A stretch of DNA of 64,000 nucleotides from an uncultured Flavobacteriaceae bacterium (GTDB taxonomy: Bacteria > Bacteroidota > Bacteroidia > Flavobacteriales > Flavobacteriaceae): contig CAYNLI010000001.1 of the NCBI GenBank assembly GCA_964398035.1, forward strand, positions 8,785 to 72,784, read 5' to 3'. Positions 40,196-51,296 of this stretch are shown here, one piece after another; position 1 is the first letter of the stretch; each line of letters opens with the position of its first letter. The notes below the pieces were generated by a model. The model saw only the letters and a list, made by a program, of their open reading frames with translations, had not been told where the DNA came from and made no database searches. Made by a program: the position numbers and the translations under genes.

Positions 40196-41281
40196 TTAGA
40201 GTAATTTTTCTATTTGATCCACAATATATTTTGTGGCATTTGGCATAGCCAAATTTTTAATATTCTTCGCTAATTCTTCTTGCTTACTTTTTGATACATA
40301 TAAATTTGAAAACATATCGTTAAATTCTTCATCCAAGTCTTTCTCTCTTATCATCAAGGCTGCATTTTCATTGACCAACGCTTCAGCATTTTTAGTTTGA
40401 TGATTCTCTGCTACATTAGGTGACGGTATAAAGATGGCCGGTTTGCCAACAATACACAATTCTGAAACCGAACCAGCTCCAGCCCTAGAGATAATAATAT
40501 CTGCTGCGGCATATGCGTAGTCCATTCGGTTTAAAAAAGGTGAAACTTTGGCTACATCTGAATCATGTTTTTTATATGTTTCATAATATAATTTACCACA
40601 TTGCCATATAATTTGAATATCAAAAGTTTTAAAGAATTCTAATTTCTGTTCTATCAATTGATTGATTCTCCTAGCTCCTAGACTACCTCCCAAAACCAAT
40701 ATTGTAGTTTTATTTGCATCCAAACCAAAGAACTCAATAGCTTCTTTTTCGTTATTTGCATTCTTCAATAAATCTGACCTTACTGGGTTTCCTGTTTTCA
40801 CAATCTTATCCATTGGGAAATATTGTTCCATCCCATCATAGGCCACACATATTTTTTGTGCCTTTTTAGCCAATAGTTTATTGGTGATTCCTGCAAAAGA
40901 ATTCTGCTCCTGCAATACACAAGGAATTCCTTTTAAGGAAGCCATTTTTAAAAGCGGTCCACTAGCAAATCCCCCAGTACCTATTACGGCGTGTGGCTTA
41001 AACCTTGCTACTATGCTTCTTGCTTTTATCAAGCTACTTATCAATTTTATTGGAAACATTAAATTTTTAAGGGTCAGTTTCCTTTGCAACCCACTAATCC
41101 ACAATCCTTCAATTTTATATCCTGCCTGTGGCACTTTCTCCATTTCCATTCTATCCTTTGCGCCAACAAATAAAAATTCCGCTTTGGGATATCTTTCTTT
41201 CAACTCATTTGCTATGGCAATGGCCGGATAAATATGTCCGCCAGTACCTCCTCCTGAGAGTATGAATTTATAATTGCCCAC
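40196..41281 (-). CDS. murG: Lipid II GlcNAc transferase
   Basis: [33 protein letters not shown]. Confidence 0.96.
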   Translation of the reverse strand: MGNYKFILSGGGTGGHIYPAIAIANELKERYPKAEFLFVGAKDRMEMEKVPQAGYKIEGLWISGLQRKLTLKNLMFPIKLISSLIKARSIVARFKPHAVIGTGGFASGPLLKMASLKGIPCVLQEQNSFAGITNKLLAKKAQKICVAYDGMEQYFPMDKIVKTGNPVRSDLLKNANNEKEAIEFFGLDANKTTILVLGGSLGARRINQLIEQKLEFFKTFDIQIIWQCGKLYYETYKKHDSDVAKVSPFLNRMDYAYAAADIIISRAGAGSVSELCIVGKPAIFIPSPNVAENHQTKNAEALVNENAALMIREKDLDEEFNDMFSNLYVSKSKQEELAKNIKNLAMPNATKYIVDQIEKLL

Positions 41282-42467
41282 TCAATACTTCTAAAGGGTT
41301 ATTCTCATCCACCTCCATACTTTCAATTTCTGAAGATGTTCTTTTTACACTCGCACTCAAAACAACCCCTATGGCTAAACAGGTCATCCAAATAGATGTT
41401 CCTCCACTACTTATAAGTGGAAGTGTTTGCCCAGTTACAGGAAACAATTCAACCGCAACAGCCATATTAATCAATGCTTGAAAGATAATGGGGAGACCTA
41501 CACCCACAACCAATAACTTACCAAAAATGGTTTGGTTTGCATTGGCCACTACTACAATTCTAAACAGCAACAACAAATAGAAAAACATGAGTATAAACCC
41601 CCCGATCAATCCGTATTCTTCAACTATAATGGCATAAATAAAATCTGATGAGCTTTGTGGCAAGAAATTCTTCATTACACTTTTCCCTGCTCCATTTCCC
41701 ATTATCCCCCCACTTGCTATGGCTATTTTAGCTCTCTCAATTTGATAATCTGACTCCGTATCTTCAGGATTCCAAAAGCTTTCAATTCTACTCATCCACG
41801 TATCTACACGATTTGGGAATAAATCTGGAAGCGCTTTGGCCGTTAACACAAACATGGTAAGCCCCAATAAACCAGTACCCAATATTCCCAACAAATACTT
41901 TATTGGATATCCCCCCAAAAAACACAACACCAAAACCATGAAAAAGATAATGGCCGCTGTGGATAAATTAGCAGGTAATATCAAAACAACTATTAAAAAA
42001 ACAGGAGCCCATAAAGGCAAAATACTTTCTGTAAAAGTGATGGTCTTATCTTTTATTTTGGTCAAATACCTAGCTACATAAGCCATTAAAACTACAGCTG
42101 CCAAGGTGGATGTTTGGAATGTAAAGCCTACTAATGGCAAACGTATCCAACGACTTGCATTGGCACCACCAATGGTAGTTCCTTGTGCCAAGGTATATAC
42201 CAATAATATTAACACAATTGGCATGGCAATAAGGGAGAGTCCTTTAAAAAAATGAGTGGGAATTCTATGTACTCCATAGATAATTCCAAATCCTAAAATC
42301 AACAACATACCATGTTTCACCAAATGACCAATGGTTGTGCCATTGCCCACTACATAGACCAAATTACTACTGGCACTATAGACTGGCAGAAATGAAAACA
42401 AGGCCAATAGGGCTACCACACCCCAAATAGCTTTATCCCCTTCAATATTTTTAAAGAATTTAATCAC
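41268..42467 (-). CDS. ftsW: SEDS peptidoglycan polymerase FtsW
   Basis: [36 protein letters not shown]; dcw position; GTG start. Confidence 0.93.
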   Translation of the reverse strand: MIKFFKNIEGDKAIWGVVALLALFSFLPVYSASSNLVYVVGNGTTIGHLVKHGMLLILGFGIIYGVHRIPTHFFKGLSLIAMPIVLILLVYTLAQGTTIGGANASRWIRLPLVGFTFQTSTLAAVVLMAYVARYLTKIKDKTITFTESILPLWAPVFLIVVLILPANLSTAAIIFFMVLVLCFLGGYPIKYLLGILGTGLLGLTMFVLTAKALPDLFPNRVDTWMSRIESFWNPEDTESDYQIERAKIAIASGGIMGNGAGKSVMKNFLPQSSSDFIYAIIVEEYGLIGGFILMFFYLLLLFRIVVVANANQTIFGKLLVVGVGLPIIFQALINMAVAVELFPVTGQTLPLISSGGTSIWMTCLAIGVVLSASVKRTSSEIESMEVDENNPLEVLSGQL

Positions 42468-42475
42468 TCTCTTTT

Positions 42476-43810
42476 TTATAAAACTTTTATAGCCTCCTTA
42501 AATTGGTTACCCCTATCCTCATAATTGTCAAAAAGATCAAAACTGGCGCATGCTGGTGACAACAAAACTGCATCTCCTCTTTCTGCTATTTTATAGGCAA
42601 CTTTTACAGCTTCTTCCATAGCATAGGTCTCCACTATTAAATCCACCACATTTCCAAAAACATCAATAATCTTGGAATTATCCATCCCCAAACAAATGAT
42701 TGCTTTTACCTTTTCACGAACCAAAGGCATTAACTCCATATAATCATTACCCTTATCCACACCACCAACAATCCATACTGTTGGAGTGCTCATACTATCC
42801 AAAGCATAATATGTTGCATTTATATTTGTAGCCTTAGAATCATTAATGTATTGTACATGATGTATTTTTAATACTTTTTCCAAACGGTGGGGTGCTCCCT
42901 GAAAATTTTGAATACTCTCTCGTATAAATTTTTTCCTAATACCCACCAGCGTAGCAGCAGTGGATGCCGCCATTGTGTTTTTAAGATTATGTTTCCCTTC
43001 TAAAGCTAATTTTTCCGTAGTCATCATCATAGTATTATCCTGTGTCTTTATTCTTATTTCATTGTTCATTAAACATGCCCCCCCTTCAACTTCTCTCTCA
43101 ATTGAAAAAGGCAATAATTTGGATTTAATTGGATTCTCTTCCAGCCATTTTACCAATACTTCATCATCTGCATCATAAATGAGATAATCATTACTGTCTT
43201 GGTTCTTGGTTATCAAAAATTTGGAAGCGATATAATTTTTAAACTTATAATCATACCTATCCAAATGGTCTGGTGTAATATTGGTAATAATGGCAATGTG
43301 TGGTTTAAAATCCACGATACCATCTAATTGAAAACTACTGATCTCCAACACGTAGAAATCAAAATCATTTTCAGCTACCATTTTTGCATAACTATCACCA
43401 ATGTTACCTGCCATGCCCACATTTTTACCACCTTCTTTTAAAATGTGGTTGGTTAACATGGTAGTGGTGGTTTTTCCATTACTTCCTGTGATTCCTATAA
43501 TAATTGCATCTGTATATTTCGATGCAAATTCAATTTCGGAAACTACAGAAACACCTAACTCAACAAGTTTTTTAACCAAAGGCACTGTATCTGGTATACC
43601 AGGGCTTTTCATTACCACATCTGCATTCAGAATTTTATCTTCCGTATGCTTTTGTTCTTCCCAATCAATCTCAAAATGTTTAAGAACTTTTTTATATCTC
43701 TCTTTTATAATTCCCTTATCGGAAACAAAAACTTCATATCCTTTTTTCTTGCCTAAAATTGCAGTGCCTACTCCACTTTCACCACCGCCCAATATTACTA
43801 ATCGAGCCAT
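42476..43810 (-). CDS. murD: UDP-MurNAc-L-Ala-D-glutamate ligase
   Basis: KSPGI, GSNGKTTT, EISSFQL, NDSKATN, SPACASFD. Confidence 0.96.
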   Translation of the reverse strand: MARLVILGGGESGVGTAILGKKKGYEVFVSDKGIIKERYKKVLKHFEIDWEEQKHTEDKILNADVVMKSPGIPDTVPLVKKLVELGVSVVSEIEFASKYTDAIIIGITGSNGKTTTTMLTNHILKEGGKNVGMAGNIGDSYAKMVAENDFDFYVLEISSFQLDGIVDFKPHIAIITNITPDHLDRYDYKFKNYIASKFLITKNQDSNDYLIYDADDEVLVKWLEENPIKSKLLPFSIEREVEGGACLMNNEIRIKTQDNTMMMTTEKLALEGKHNLKNTMAASTAATLVGIRKKFIRESIQNFQGAPHRLEKVLKIHHVQYINDSKATNINATYYALDSMSTPTVWIVGGVDKGNDYMELMPLVREKVKAIICLGMDNSKIIDVFGNVVDLIVETYAMEEAVKVAYKIAERGDAVLLSPACASFDLFDNYEDRGNQFKEAIKVL

Positions 43811-45031
43811 CTATCTCACTTTTAATGTCACAAATGTTAGAATAGCTAACAGTATTCCTGTAATCCAAAACCGTACTACTATCTTACTCTCGTGATATCC
43901 TTTTTTCTGATAATGATGATGCAAGGGTGCCATTAAAAAAATTCGCTTCCCTTCACCCAACTTATTTTTGGTATACTTAAAATACCCCACCTGCAACATC
44001 ACCGAGATAGACTCTGCAAAGAAAATTCCACAGAGTAAGGGAATAAGCAACTCTTTTCTTATAATTATGGCGATTACCGCTATGATTCCACCAATAGCTA
44101 AACTACCGGTATCTCCCATGAATACTTGAGCAGGAAAAGCATTGTACCATAAAAACCCAATCAATGCTCCCGCAAATGCAGCAATGAACACCACCAACTC
44201 ACCTGCCATAGGGATATAGAAAATATCCAAATAATTAGAAAAAATAACATTCCCCGATACCCATGCAAAAATGCCCAGCGTAAGCACTATAATTGCTGAT
44301 GTCCCTGCCGCCAAGCCGTCTATTCCATCAGTTAGGTTGGCACCGTTGGAAACAGCTGTAACAATAAGAATCACAATAGGAATAAAAATCAACCATGCAT
44401 ATTTTTCCCAACCATCACCGGCCCAAGAAATCAGGTCGGCATAATCAAACTCATTATCCTTAAAAAAAGGAACCGTTGTTTTTGTGGACTTTACTTCTTT
44501 CCCAAGAACTTCAACAACTGTAAACTGCTCCGTTATTTTAGTACCGTCCTTTTCTTTCATGGTAACTTGTGGATGCAGGTAAAGCGTAGCACCCACCATT
44601 AAACCCAGCACAGCCTGCCCCATTATCTTAAACCTTCCTTTAAGACCTTGCTTATTCTTTTTAAATACTTTTATGTAATCATCTATAAAACCAATAATTC
44701 CCATCCAAATAGTAGTGACTATTAATAAGATGATATAGATATTATCCAATCTTGAAAATAAGAGCACAGGAATCAATGTGGCCATTATAATGATCAGACC
44801 ACCCATAGTAGGTGTACCTGATTTTTGTTTTTGGCCATCCAAGCCCAAGTCTCTAACAGTTTCTCCTATTTGTTTACGTCTTAAAAAAACAATGATTTTT
44901 TTTCCAAATACTGTAGCAATTATCAAAGACAATAAAACAGACATGGCGGCACGAAATGTTAAGAACTGAAAAAGACCCGCTCCAGGCAATTGGTATTGTT
45001 TTTCTAAATAATCAAACAAGTAGTATAACAT
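43811..45031 (-). CDS. mraY: Phospho-MurNAc-pentapeptide transferase
   Basis: [34 protein letters not shown]. Confidence 0.96.
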   Translation of the reverse strand: MLYYLFDYLEKQYQLPGAGLFQFLTFRAAMSVLLSLIIATVFGKKIIVFLRRKQIGETVRDLGLDGQKQKSGTPTMGGLIIIMATLIPVLLFSRLDNIYIILLIVTTIWMGIIGFIDDYIKVFKKNKQGLKGRFKIMGQAVLGLMVGATLYLHPQVTMKEKDGTKITEQFTVVEVLGKEVKSTKTTVPFFKDNEFDYADLISWAGDGWEKYAWLIFIPIVILIVTAVSNGANLTDGIDGLAAGTSAIIVLTLGIFAWVSGNVIFSNYLDIFYIPMAGELVVFIAAFAGALIGFLWYNAFPAQVFMGDTGSLAIGGIIAVIAIIIRKELLIPLLCGIFFAESISVMLQVGYFKYTKNKLGEGKRIFLMAPLHHHYQKKGYHESKIVVRFWITGILLAILTFVTLKVR

Positions 45032-45048
45032 AGTTTTACCTTATTAGG

Positions 45049-46512
45049 TTACTTATTTAAGCTGTTTAATAATTCTTTTACTGTTTTAAAATCATCAAAA
45101 TCGGTACGCTCCCCATTTGTTTCTTGGTAGGTTTCATGACCTTTTCCTGCAACAAGGATAATGTCATTCCCTACAGCCAACTGACATGCAGTTTTTATAG
45201 CTTGCTTACGATTCTCTATAGACAATATTCTTCTAACATTTTGAGGCTCCACACCTGCCTCCATTTCTTCAATGATTGTTGTTGGGGATTCGCTCCGAGG
45301 GTTATCAGATGTAAAAATGGCAGTATTACTCATTTCTGATGCGATATGACCCATTACCGGACGCTTAGACTTATCTCTGTCACCACCACACCCCACTACG
45401 GTGATAACATTTTCATTTCCAGTCCTCAATGTATTGATAGTATCAAGTACATTTTTTAGCGCGTCCGGCGTATGGGCATAATCAACTATTGCAGTAATTT
45501 TTTCTTTTGATATATAATATTGAAATCTCCCGTCTACATTTTCCAATTCACTCAACAGGCGTAGTATTTCCATTTTTTCCAATCCCAACAAATCAGCTGT
45601 AGCATAAATCGCCAACATATTATAGGCATTAAAATCCCCTATAAGTCTAGACCATAATTCATCCTCATTGATTTTTAATAATTGTCCACTAAATTGATTT
45701 TCCAGAATCTGTGCTCTATAATCTGCATAAGATTTTAGAGCATATGTATATTTCTTCGCTTTGGTGTTCTGCAACATGACCAAACCATTTTTATCATCAA
45801 TATTGGTTAGGGCAAATGCTTTTTTGGGAAGATTATCAAACAATAATTTTTTAGTATCCCTATATTCTGCAAAGGTTTTGTGATAATCCAAATGGTCATG
45901 GGACAGGTTGGTGAAAATTGCCCCTTCAAAAACCAATCCTTCAGTTCTGTTCTGATGAATACCATGAGAACTAACTTCCATAAAACAGAATTCCACACCT
46001 TCATCGTTCATTAAGCTCAAATGCTTGTTTATTGTCAATGCATCTGGCGTAGTATAGGAAGTTGTATACTCTATATTATCTACCATAATTTTTATGGTGG
46101 ATATCAACCCTACTTTAAAACCTGCTTTTTTGAAAAGTTGATACAAAAGACTACTGACCGTAGTTTTACCATTCGTACCCGTTACTGCAACCAATTTTAA
46201 ATTCTTGGAAGGATTATCATAATAATTAGATGCCATTATAGCCAATGCACGAGTGCCATTATCTACCTCTACATAAGTAACGCCATTGACCATATTCTTG
46301 GGAAGCCTTTCACAAATAATTGCCTTTGCCCCAGAATCAACAGTTTTTTCAATATAGGTATGTCCGTCTGTGATAGTTCCTTTTATAGCTACAAAGACAT
46401 CATCCACTTCTACTTTTCTAGAATCAAAGCAAATGGCATTTACCATGGTATTTGTAGTTCCGCTTACGGCGGAAAGACTGACTCCATATAATATGTCTTT
46501 AAGCAACATCAT
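45049..46512 (-). CDS. murE: UDP-MurNAc-dipeptide-DAP ligase
   Basis: GTNGKTT, MEVSSH, DYAHTPD, GCGGDRD, DNPR (DAP specificity), GKGHE. Confidence 0.96.
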   Translation of the reverse strand: MMLLKDILYGVSLSAVSGTTNTMVNAICFDSRKVEVDDVFVAIKGTITDGHTYIEKTVDSGAKAIICERLPKNMVNGVTYVEVDNGTRALAIMASNYYDNPSKNLKLVAVTGTNGKTTVSSLLYQLFKKAGFKVGLISTIKIMVDNIEYTTSYTTPDALTINKHLSLMNDEGVEFCFMEVSSHGIHQNRTEGLVFEGAIFTNLSHDHLDYHKTFAEYRDTKKLLFDNLPKKAFALTNIDDKNGLVMLQNTKAKKYTYALKSYADYRAQILENQFSGQLLKINEDELWSRLIGDFNAYNMLAIYATADLLGLEKMEILRLLSELENVDGRFQYYISKEKITAIVDYAHTPDALKNVLDTINTLRTGNENVITVVGCGGDRDKSKRPVMGHIASEMSNTAIFTSDNPRSESPTTIIEEMEAGVEPQNVRRILSIENRKQAIKTACQLAVGNDIILVAGKGHETYQETNGERTDFDDFKTVKELLNSLNK

Positions 46513-48515
46513 GACAGTATCAATATGATTTTTTGAACTTTATTTAAATTTGTTCCCTGTGAAACAGACTGTTTTTTTACCTTTCCATTTCCACTTACCT
46601 CTACTTGCAATCCTAAGTTTTCAAGAATGGGTACAGCATCCATGCCACTCATCCCCATTACATTGGGCATTCTACTATACTTTTTTTGAGCTTCAGCATA
46701 GTAGTCCTGATATTTTAAATCCAAAATATTATTTTCAGGTTTCAAGGTTTCCACTTCATCTGTTTTGGGAGAAGTGGTATAAATTTTCTGTGCTATGGAT
46801 TTAAATACTGGACCTGATACATCCGCACCATAATACCCTACACTTTTATCAGGTTCATGAATCACTACAATGCATGAATATTTTGGGTCATCTGCTGGAA
46901 AATAGCCTGCAAAAGTTGAAATGTATTTTAATACATCTGGGTCTTTAGAAACATAATTTTTTTGAGTAGTTCCAGTTTTTCCCGCCATGGAAAAATTTTC
47001 ATTATACAATCCATGACCTGTACCGTGTTTCTTTTCCACCACATTTTTCAACAACTGCTTTACTTTGTCAGCTGTTTCTTTTGAGCAAATTGATGGGTTT
47101 ATGACTTCCTTATCAAATTGAAGTATGGTTTTGTTCCATTCCTTTACCTCTTTAATTAATCTTGGTCGTAACATTTCGCCATCATTAGCTATAGCATTGT
47201 AAAAAGCAAGTGTCTGTAAAGGCGTTAACGATACTTCATACCCATGGGACATCCAAGCCAAAGAAACACCGGACCATCCTTTATCACCAGGGTAGCGAAT
47301 TACAGGCTTCCCTTCTCCTTTAATGGGCAATTCCAATTCTTTATGAAGCCCCATACTCATTAAACGATTCACATATTTCTCTGGATTCTCCTTATAGTTG
47401 TTATGAATCATTTTGGCAAAAGCCGTGTTGGAAGAAACCTCAAAAGCTTTTGCTATGGAAATTTTTCCATAGCCTCCGTATTTAGTATCTCTTACCGTTC
47501 TATCATAAACTTTCCATCTCCCCTTTTCAGTATCAATTACAGTATTGGTATCCACTACTTTGTCTTCCAAAGCAGCAACTAAAGACATCAATTTAAAAGT
47601 TGAGCCTGGCTCATGGGATTCTCCAATGGCATAGTTTAATTTTTCATAATATTTACCGTCTGATGTTCTTCCCAAATTTGAGATTGCCTTTATTTCTCCT
47701 GTTTTGGTTTCCATCACAATTACACAACCATGGTCTGCCTTGTATTTTTCCAATTGCCCCAACAAAGCATGATGGGCAATATCTTGTATGTTAATATTGA
47801 TAGTGGAAACAACATCATAACCATCTTTAGGCTCAACAATATTGTCCATGCCAATAGGTTTCCATTGCCCTTTTGCTATTTTTTGCTTTAAACGTTTTCC
47901 TTCAGTACCTCTTAAGTATTGACCAAAAGCGCCTTCTAGTCCAACTCTGGTATAGTACCCATTCTCATCCACCCTTTCATATCCTACACTGCGCTCGGCA
48001 ATTTTCCCCAAAGGATGTTCACGGACTATTTTTTGTTCTGCAATAAAACCGCCTCTATTAGGACCCTTCCTAAAAAGCGGAAATGATTTTACCCTTATAT
48101 AATCAGAATAATCTAAGTTTCTAACCACCAATGCATACCTATTCTTATTGACCTTTGCTTTTCTAAGTACTTTTTCATAATGTGATGAAGGCTTGTTAAA
48201 TAACTTGGAAAGCTCATCAGACAATGCTTTGATATTTTCTTCAAAAACATCATCCTTAACGGTTTCGGCATCAAAACGGATGGTATATCTAGACACGGAA
48301 GTTGCCAATAAACTACCATCATCAGAATACAGATTACCTCTACTGGGCTCAATAGTGAACATTTTCTCGGTACGCTGTAAGGCCAGTGCCCTGTATTTGT
48401 CTCCATGTACTATTTGTATGCTCACCATTTTAACAACAACAGCAATTGCAAAGACAAAAAGGAAACCTGCCACTACATACAATCGGGTCAATATGTTCTT
48501 TTCAGTTACGGCCAC
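46509..48515 (-). CDS. ftsI: Class B penicillin-binding protein (FtsI) with PASTA domain
   Basis: EPGSTFK, SSN, KTGT motifs; C-terminal MPNVMG PASTA; GTG start. Confidence 0.92.
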   Translation of the reverse strand: MAVTEKNILTRLYVVAGFLFVFAIAVVVKMVSIQIVHGDKYRALALQRTEKMFTIEPSRGNLYSDDGSLLATSVSRYTIRFDAETVKDDVFEENIKALSDELSKLFNKPSSHYEKVLRKAKVNKNRYALVVRNLDYSDYIRVKSFPLFRKGPNRGGFIAEQKIVREHPLGKIAERSVGYERVDENGYYTRVGLEGAFGQYLRGTEGKRLKQKIAKGQWKPIGMDNIVEPKDGYDVVSTININIQDIAHHALLGQLEKYKADHGCVIVMETKTGEIKAISNLGRTSDGKYYEKLNYAIGESHEPGSTFKLMSLVAALEDKVVDTNTVIDTEKGRWKVYDRTVRDTKYGGYGKISIAKAFEVSSNTAFAKMIHNNYKENPEKYVNRLMSMGLHKELELPIKGEGKPVIRYPGDKGWSGVSLAWMSHGYEVSLTPLQTLAFYNAIANDGEMLRPRLIKEVKEWNKTILQFDKEVINPSICSKETADKVKQLLKNVVEKKHGTGHGLYNENFSMAGKTGTTQKNYVSKDPDVLKYISTFAGYFPADDPKYSCIVVIHEPDKSVGYYGADVSGPVFKSIAQKIYTTSPKTDEVETLKPENNILDLKYQDYYAEAQKKYSRMPNVMGMSGMDAVPILENLGLQVEVSGNGKVKKQSVSQGTNLNKVQKIILILS

Positions 48516-48832
48516 TATTTTGATGATTTAACTTTAATTTTTTTAGGTGGTGTTTCAGATGGGAATAAGCCTTCTCCTTCTAGTACTTGTGTTATTTTGG
48601 ACTCTAATTTTAATCGCTGCACATCTCCGCGCATATCAACAAACTCACTTCGCAATTCTTTTACCTCTTCGTTCAATGCAGCTATATGGTGTACTTTTCG
48701 GTCAGCACTATGAGAGCTTGCAATCATAACCGTTGCTAAAAAAGAAGCGAAAATGATGAACAACCAGTTTTTTGGTGCATCTCCGCTTACCAAAAATTTC
48801 CCTTTTAATATGTCCAGTATTCCTTTTCTCAT
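48515..48832 (-). CDS. ftsL: FtsL-like cell division protein
   Basis: Single TM plus coiled coil, between rsmH and ftsI. Confidence 0.8.
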   Translation of the reverse strand: MRKGILDILKGKFLVSGDAPKNWLFIIFASFLATVMIASSHSADRKVHHIAALNEEVKELRSEFVDMRGDVQRLKLESKITQVLEGEGLFPSETPPKKIKVKSSK

Positions 48833-48882
48833 ATCCTTATCTTATTTTGCTGACCCTATCTAAACCAAGGTTTACATCAACT

Positions 48883-48908
48883 CCCTTTCGACTGCGCTCA
48901 TGATGACA
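48883..48908. repeat. Degenerate half of a REP-like element (CCCTTTCGACTGCGCTCATGATGACA)
   Basis: GC-rich motif in an AT-rich spacer; resembles the CTTCGACTxCGCTCAG..TGAC repeats I recall from Flavobacteriaceae. Confidence 0.5.
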
Positions 48909-48915
48909 TTTACGA

Positions 48916-49812
48916 CTATACTCTTTCTGCTATTCTAAGTTTGGCACTACGTGCCCTATTGTTTTCTTTTACTTCTTCTTTTGATGGAACAATCAACCTG
49001 CCTACTTTTTTAAAAGGAACATCTATATTCCCATAAAAATCTTTTTCAGCCTCACCCTCAAATTGCCCTTCGCGAACAAACCTCTTTACCAATCTATCTT
49101 CTAAAGAGTGATAACTTAAAATGCTTATTCTCCCTCCTTTATCCAACAGGCTGGATGTTTGCATTAAAAACTCTTTGATCACCTGTATTTCTTGGTTCAC
49201 CTCAATACGAATGGCTTGGTATATTTGTGCCAAAATTTTATGTTCCTTGAAATTGGGCAAAAACGACTGCAACACTTTCTTTAATTCTTCCGTGGTTTTT
49301 ATTTGTGACTCTTCCCTATATGCTACAATAGTTTTTGATAATGCATTGGCATTTCTTAAATCCCCATACTCAAAAAAAACTTTTCTTAAATCATCATAAG
49401 AATAATTATTAACCACTTCATAGGCAGATGTACTGTTCTTTTTGCTCATCCGCATATCCAAATCAGCATCAAAACGGGTAGAAAATCCACGCTCTGCTTT
49501 ATCAAATTGATGGGATGAAACTCCAAAATCTGCCAAGATTCCATCTACTTTCCGAATGCCATAGAACTTTAAAAATTGGGTGATATACCTGAAATTTTCA
49601 TTGACCAACGTAAACCTTTCATCATCCAATGCATTTTTCAATGCATCTTCATCCTGATCAAATGCAAGTAATTTTCCATCTTCTCCCAATCTTTTCAATA
49701 TTTCTTTGGAATGCCCGCCTCCGCCAAAGGTCACATCTACATACACTCCGTCTTTTTTTATATCAAGACCATCAACAGTCTCTTTGAGCAATACAGGGTT
49801 ATGATAACTCAT
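48916..49812 (-). CDS. rsmH: 16S rRNA m4C1402 methyltransferase
   Basis: HNPVLL, DVTFGGGGHS, DFGVSS, LDMRM, YHSLEDR, RARSAKLR. Confidence 0.96.
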   Translation of the reverse strand: MSYHNPVLLKETVDGLDIKKDGVYVDVTFGGGGHSKEILKRLGEDGKLLAFDQDEDALKNALDDERFTLVNENFRYITQFLKFYGIRKVDGILADFGVSSHQFDKAERGFSTRFDADLDMRMSKKNSTSAYEVVNNYSYDDLRKVFFEYGDLRNANALSKTIVAYREESQIKTTEELKKVLQSFLPNFKEHKILAQIYQAIRIEVNQEIQVIKEFLMQTSSLLDKGGRISILSYHSLEDRLVKRFVREGQFEGEAEKDFYGNIDVPFKKVGRLIVPSKEEVKENNRARSAKLRIAERV

Positions 49813-50272
49813 TCTCGTTGGGTTTCTTTCCTCCCATTGCTTCTTCTACCATTTTTGCAACTTCTTCGTCTGACACATCAATTGCCTTTTCATAGCTATC
49901 CTTATCCCAAACTTCAATAAAACCAGCAGAGCAGGTCAAAACTACTTCTTTGCTTATCCCTGCATACTCCACTAAGTTTTTCGGGATCTGTAACCTTCCA
50001 GTTCCATCTATTTCTACGGGCGTTAACCCTGCTGTATAAATCCTAAAAAAGGTGTTGTTCGTCTTTTCAAAACTGTTCTGCGCCCTAAGTTGCTTACTTA
50101 TATCGTTCCAATACTCCATAGGATGTAATTCCAAACAATGTTGAAACATAGATCGTTTAAGCACAAACCCATTATTAAGCACTGGTGCCAACTGCTTTTT
50201 TAGCAAAGTTGGAAGCATTACCCTACCTTTGGCATCGGCTTTACAATTGAATTGTCCTAAGAGATTTATCAC
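49799..50272 (-). CDS. mraZ: Transcriptional regulator MraZ
   Basis: Two DxxGR repeats (DAKGR, DGTGR), EVWD; first gene of dcw cluster; GTG start. Confidence 0.93.
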   Translation of the reverse strand: MINLLGQFNCKADAKGRVMLPTLLKKQLAPVLNNGFVLKRSMFQHCLELHPMEYWNDISKQLRAQNSFEKTNNTFFRIYTAGLTPVEIDGTGRLQIPKNLVEYAGISKEVVLTCSAGFIEVWDKDSYEKAIDVSDEEVAKMVEEAMGGKKPNENELS

Positions 50273-50302
50273 AGAAAATAATTAGCTTTAGCTTTAATAA
50301 CT

Positions 50303-50377
50303 CAAATATATAGAATTTATTACCACATTTTTCCACTTTACTCCAAAATTTACCACTTTGTTGATAAATTTTTCCAC
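50303..50377 (-). promoter_or_regulatory. dcw promoter: -7 element TATATTTG (50303-50310) and GTGG repeats (putative MraZ operator)
   Basis: On + strand CCAC at 50323 and 50333, CCAA at 50343, CCAC at 50353 (10-bp period) and 50374. Confidence 0.75.
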
Positions 50378-50516
50378 TTTGCTCTATAAAATATTCACCT
50401 AACATGAAAAAAACTCCCGTTTTTTAAATTTTAAATTATTTCAACAGGCAAGACAAATGCATGGTATTATATGGAAATGTATATATTTGCTTCAACTGAC
50501 TAGAACTGATGTCTTA

Positions 50517-51281
50517 ATGGAGGAAAAAATTATTACAGATGGAAAATACCGATATATAGAAGTAGGAGAAGGAACCCCTATTATTATATTACATGGTTTG
50601 ATGGGGGGATTGAGTAATTTTCATGGAGTCACAGAATATTTCCCAAAGAAAGGCTACAAGGTTCTGATTCCAGAACTACCAATTTATAGTATGCCTTTGC
50701 TAAAAACCAATGTAAAGTACTTTGCCAAATATTTAGAGCAGTTTATTGAACATAAAGGACTTAAAGATGTAATTCTTCTAGGAAACTCACTAGGTGGGCA
50801 TATAGGTCTGTTACACACTAAGTTATATCCAGAAATGGTAAAAGCATTGGTCATTACAGGAAGTTCTGGACTTTATGAAAACGCCATGGGTGGTGGGTAT
50901 CCCAAACGAGGAGATTATGAGTTCATTAAAAAGAAAGCCCAAGATGTCTTTTATGACCCAGCAGTTGCAACCAAGGAAATAGTTGATGAAGTTTTTGCTA
51001 CTGTAAACGATAGAATGAAACTTGTAAAAACCTTATCCATTGCAAAAAGTGCCATAAGACACAATATGTCCAAGGATTTACCACATATGCATACTCCTAT
51101 TTGTATTATTTGGGGAGAAAATGATTCTGTAACCCCACCAAATGTAGCTGTAGAATTTCATGAACTGTTACCAGACTCTGATTTATTTTGGATTGAAAAA
51201 TGTGGACATGCACCTATGATGGAACATCCTGATGAATTCAATGAAGTATTTAATGCTTGGTTAACCAAACGCAATTTCTAA
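50517..51281 (+). CDS. Alpha/beta hydrolase
   Basis: LHGLMGG, GNSLGG nucleophile elbow, WGEND, GHAPMME; ATG 50517 lies downstream of TATATTTG at 50482. Confidence 0.9.
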   Translation: MEEKIITDGKYRYIEVGEGTPIIILHGLMGGLSNFHGVTEYFPKKGYKVLIPELPIYSMPLLKTNVKYFAKYLEQFIEHKGLKDVILLGNSLGGHIGLLHTKLYPEMVKALVITGSSGLYENAMGGGYPKRGDYEFIKKKAQDVFYDPAVATKEIVDEVFATVNDRMKLVKTLSIAKSAIRHNMSKDLPHMHTPICIIWGENDSVTPPNVAVEFHELLPDSDLFWIEKCGHAPMMEHPDEFNEVFNAWLTKRNF

Positions 51282-51296
51282 ATAACAAACATTCTG

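Noticed and set aside
34841..50272. Absence of murF and ddl from the dcw cluster
   Set aside because: Normal Bacteroidota arrangement; these genes are usually elsewhere.
643..50516. Longer N-termini in the ORF track for map (643), apbE (3321), DUF5103 (9966), menG (21292), porT (22088), tamL (23571), yqeY (34811) and the hydrolase (50457)
   Set aside because: The upstream starts overlap promoters or neighbouring genes; downstream ATGs give proper signal peptides or family N-termini.
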